A DNA stretch of 49,243 bases from Candidatus Woesebacteria bacterium. Its GTDB lineage: Bacteria; Patescibacteriota; Microgenomatia; UBA8517; UBA10165. Both the position numbers and the translations under genes were made by a program. The first letter of the stretch is position 1. Each line of letters begins with the position of its first letter. Below, piece after piece: positions 47,792 to 49,243 of this stretch. The stretch covers positions 1-49,243 of the forward strand of contig NZCP01000057.1 of assembly GCA_002686465.1 (NCBI GenBank). Reading direction: 5' to 3'. The notes beneath the pieces were generated by a model. It saw only the letters and a program-made list of their open reading frames with translations, had not been told where the DNA came from and did no database searches.

Positions 47792-49243
47792 ATGCGAACA
47801 CTACTAAGACAAAGACTTGCCCGCCTAATTATCCCCGTGCTTCTTGCGATTTATATGCCGATCATTGCTTTGGCAACAACAGGCGCTTTACTTTTTACAA
47901 CAGCTGCTCCGGCCCAGGCTGCTACCCAACCCCTATACACCACCACCCTTGGTGAATGGTGGTCTGGGTTAAAGGGAAAAGAATACAACAAGCAGGTCTT
48001 CGACTTCCAAAGTCTGATCGGCGTACTAGCGGGTCTGGCCACCATGCTTCTTGGGTGTACAGACGAGACGGTGTGTCCTTCTGACCTTGAGGAAGGAGCA
48101 ATCCATACAACAACAACTGTTATTGCGGGACTCTACGCAAGTCCACCTGCGTCTGGTGTTTATTACGCTGCCAATATCGGCGAACGGTTGCGCCTTGTCA
48201 AACCGGCCTACGCCCAGGACAGCACCACTGGGTTCAAGGTACTAGGACCATTCCTAAACGTCTGGCGTGCTGTGCGTAATCTTACCTATATACTTTTTGT
48301 AGTCGGCATAGTCGGCTTAGGACTCGCAATTATGTTCCGCGCGAAAATTTCTCCCCAGGCGGTAATCACAATTCAATCGGCTCTTCCCCGAGCCATCATT
48401 GCCCTTTTGCTAATCACCTTCTCATATGCAATTATCGGTTTCCTGATCGACATTATGTATCTTATCTTCGGGTTGTTGGTGTGGGGACTAAGCACCAATG
48501 AGCTAGTATATAACGACAAAGCAGCTGGAGACTATTTTTTGGAATTCACAAACGCCGGGTTTCCCCAAACCCTAAGCTTTATAGTAACCAAGGGTTTTGA
48601 GGGCATGGCGGATGTGGTGACGGGTATCCCCGAATCCATAGCCCCAGAGATGTCAGGAGGACTTGCTGGTATTGCGGGAGATATACTATCAATAGTAATA
48701 CCCGCAGGGGTTGCCATAGTTGCCGGCACAGCGATGATACCAATCGTCGTCGGTCTCGCCATCGCTATAATTGCTTTCTTTATCCGTGTGCTCTTCATTC
48801 TAGCAAAGGCATATTTGCTCCTTTTGCTCTACTTAATATTCGGTCCAATTTTAATATTATGGGCAGCATTGTCTGGAAAGGGCGTTTGGGAAGGATGGCT
48901 GAAAGGAGTTCTAGCAAACCTCCTTGTCTTTCTTTTTATAGGAGTTATTATCTTTCTCGTCGAACTACTTATAGCACAAATTAACACAGCGGATTCCGGG
49001 ATTTGGGGTCCACCTTATATTGGCCAGAACCCTCAGATTATAAAGGGGATAATCGCTCTTGGGGGAGTAATGTTGCTGGTAACAGTCCCGGACATCATAA
49101 ATCAAATCCTTGACCTGAGGCAAGTCCCTCTCCAGACCCCAGGAGGCGACAGACAAGCAGAAAGAATAGGAGAGGGTTTGGGAGGCGGCATCAAATCACG
49201 CTTCACTCGTGAAGGCGGAGGGGATATCAAACAAACCGGCAAG
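47792..49243 (+). CDS. Polytopic membrane protein, VirB6/TrbL-like (partial; runs off the right edge)
   Basis: Manual translation from the ATG at 47792 stays open for 484 codons to the window end. It starts MRTLLRQRLARLIIPVLLAIYMPIIALA. A signal/TM segment and a roughly 90-aa loop are followed by at least 5 TM helices (ITFSYAIIGFLIDIMYLIFGLL, AKAYLLLLLYLIFGPILILW). It is absent from the ORF track because it is open-ended. Confidence 0.5.
   Translation, partial: MRTLLRQRLARLIIPVLLAIYMPIIALATTGALLFTTAAPAQAATQPLYTTTLGEWWSGLKGKEYNKQVFDFQSLIGVLAGLATMLLGCTDETVCPSDLEEGAIHTTTTVIAGLYASPPASGVYYAANIGERLRLVKPAYAQDSTTGFKVLGPFLNVWRAVRNLTYILFVVGIVGLGLAIMFRAKISPQAVITIQSALPRAIIALLLITFSYAIIGFLIDIMYLIFGLLVWGLSTNELVYNDKAAGDYFLEFTNAGFPQTLSFIVTKGFEGMADVVTGIPESIAPEMSGGLAGIAGDILSIVIPAGVAIVAGTAMIPIVVGLAIAIIAFFIRVLFILAKAYLLLLLYLIFGPILILWAALSGKGVWEGWLKGVLANLLVFLFIGVIIFLVELLIAQINTADSGIWGPPYIGQNPQIIKGIIALGGVMLLVTVPDIINQILDLRQVPLQTPGGDRQAERIGEGLGGGIKSRFTREGGGDIKQTGK

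Overview
The window reads as a gene-dense, roughly 43-45% GC stretch of a small-genome bacterium. Its gene content resembles Candidate Phyla Radiation / Patescibacteria (Microgenomates-like) genomes; this lineage call is an inference from gene content only.

Left third (1-9.9 kb, mostly minus strand): a central-carbon supercluster.
- It holds a PfkB kinase, class II aldolase, a split transketolase, a LOG-family protein, an Rpe-like protein, GAPDH, a short PGK, RpiB and an archaeal-type TIM.
- These are followed by a glutaredoxin and a cupredoxin.

Middle (10-31 kb): mostly envelope, redox and housekeeping genes.
- There are many small membrane or secreted proteins.
- There are two CcdA/DsbD-type thiol shuttles, one of them in a rhodanese / Trx-like / DsbD_2 operon.
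- Other calls are a ZIP transporter, a cyclophilin-like gene plus a decayed duplicate of it, and a 5x Cys-repeat secreted protein.
- Further calls are a SIS isomerase, a DEAD-box helicase, an SPFH protein, a SET-domain protein, a GT39-like glycosyltransferase, a membrane-anchored Mrr-type nuclease, and dnaG-rpoD.

32.2-36.3 kb: an RNA-gene hub.
- All four tRNA-Ser isoacceptors lie here, with tRNA-Arg (tRNA-Asn lies separately at 21.9 kb).
- A 41-nt hairpin repeat follows two of the Ser tRNAs.
- A GIY-YIG ORF is sandwiched between two tRNAs.
- comF, smpB and tmRNA complete the block.

Right end (41-49.2 kb): the most interesting part.
- Eight paralogous genes carry a TrbC/VirB2-type T4SS pilin hairpin domain, two of them with large Cys-bearing ectodomains.
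- The array is interrupted by a four-helix-bundle (23S-IVS/Avd family) gene and uppS.
- It is followed by an unknown secreted protein and a VirB6/TrbL-like polytopic membrane protein that runs off the window.

Other recurring signals:
- TGnTATAAT promoters sit 6-7 nt from start codons, which implies leaderless mRNAs.
- Two ORFs abut tRNA 3' ends.
- A TTGACT / C9 / TATAAC promoter is a candidate for phase variation.
- Short TTGTYAC heptamer arrays are dispersed through the window.

No rRNA, CRISPR array, transposase or integrase was seen. All family assignments come from reading motifs by eye; no database search was run.
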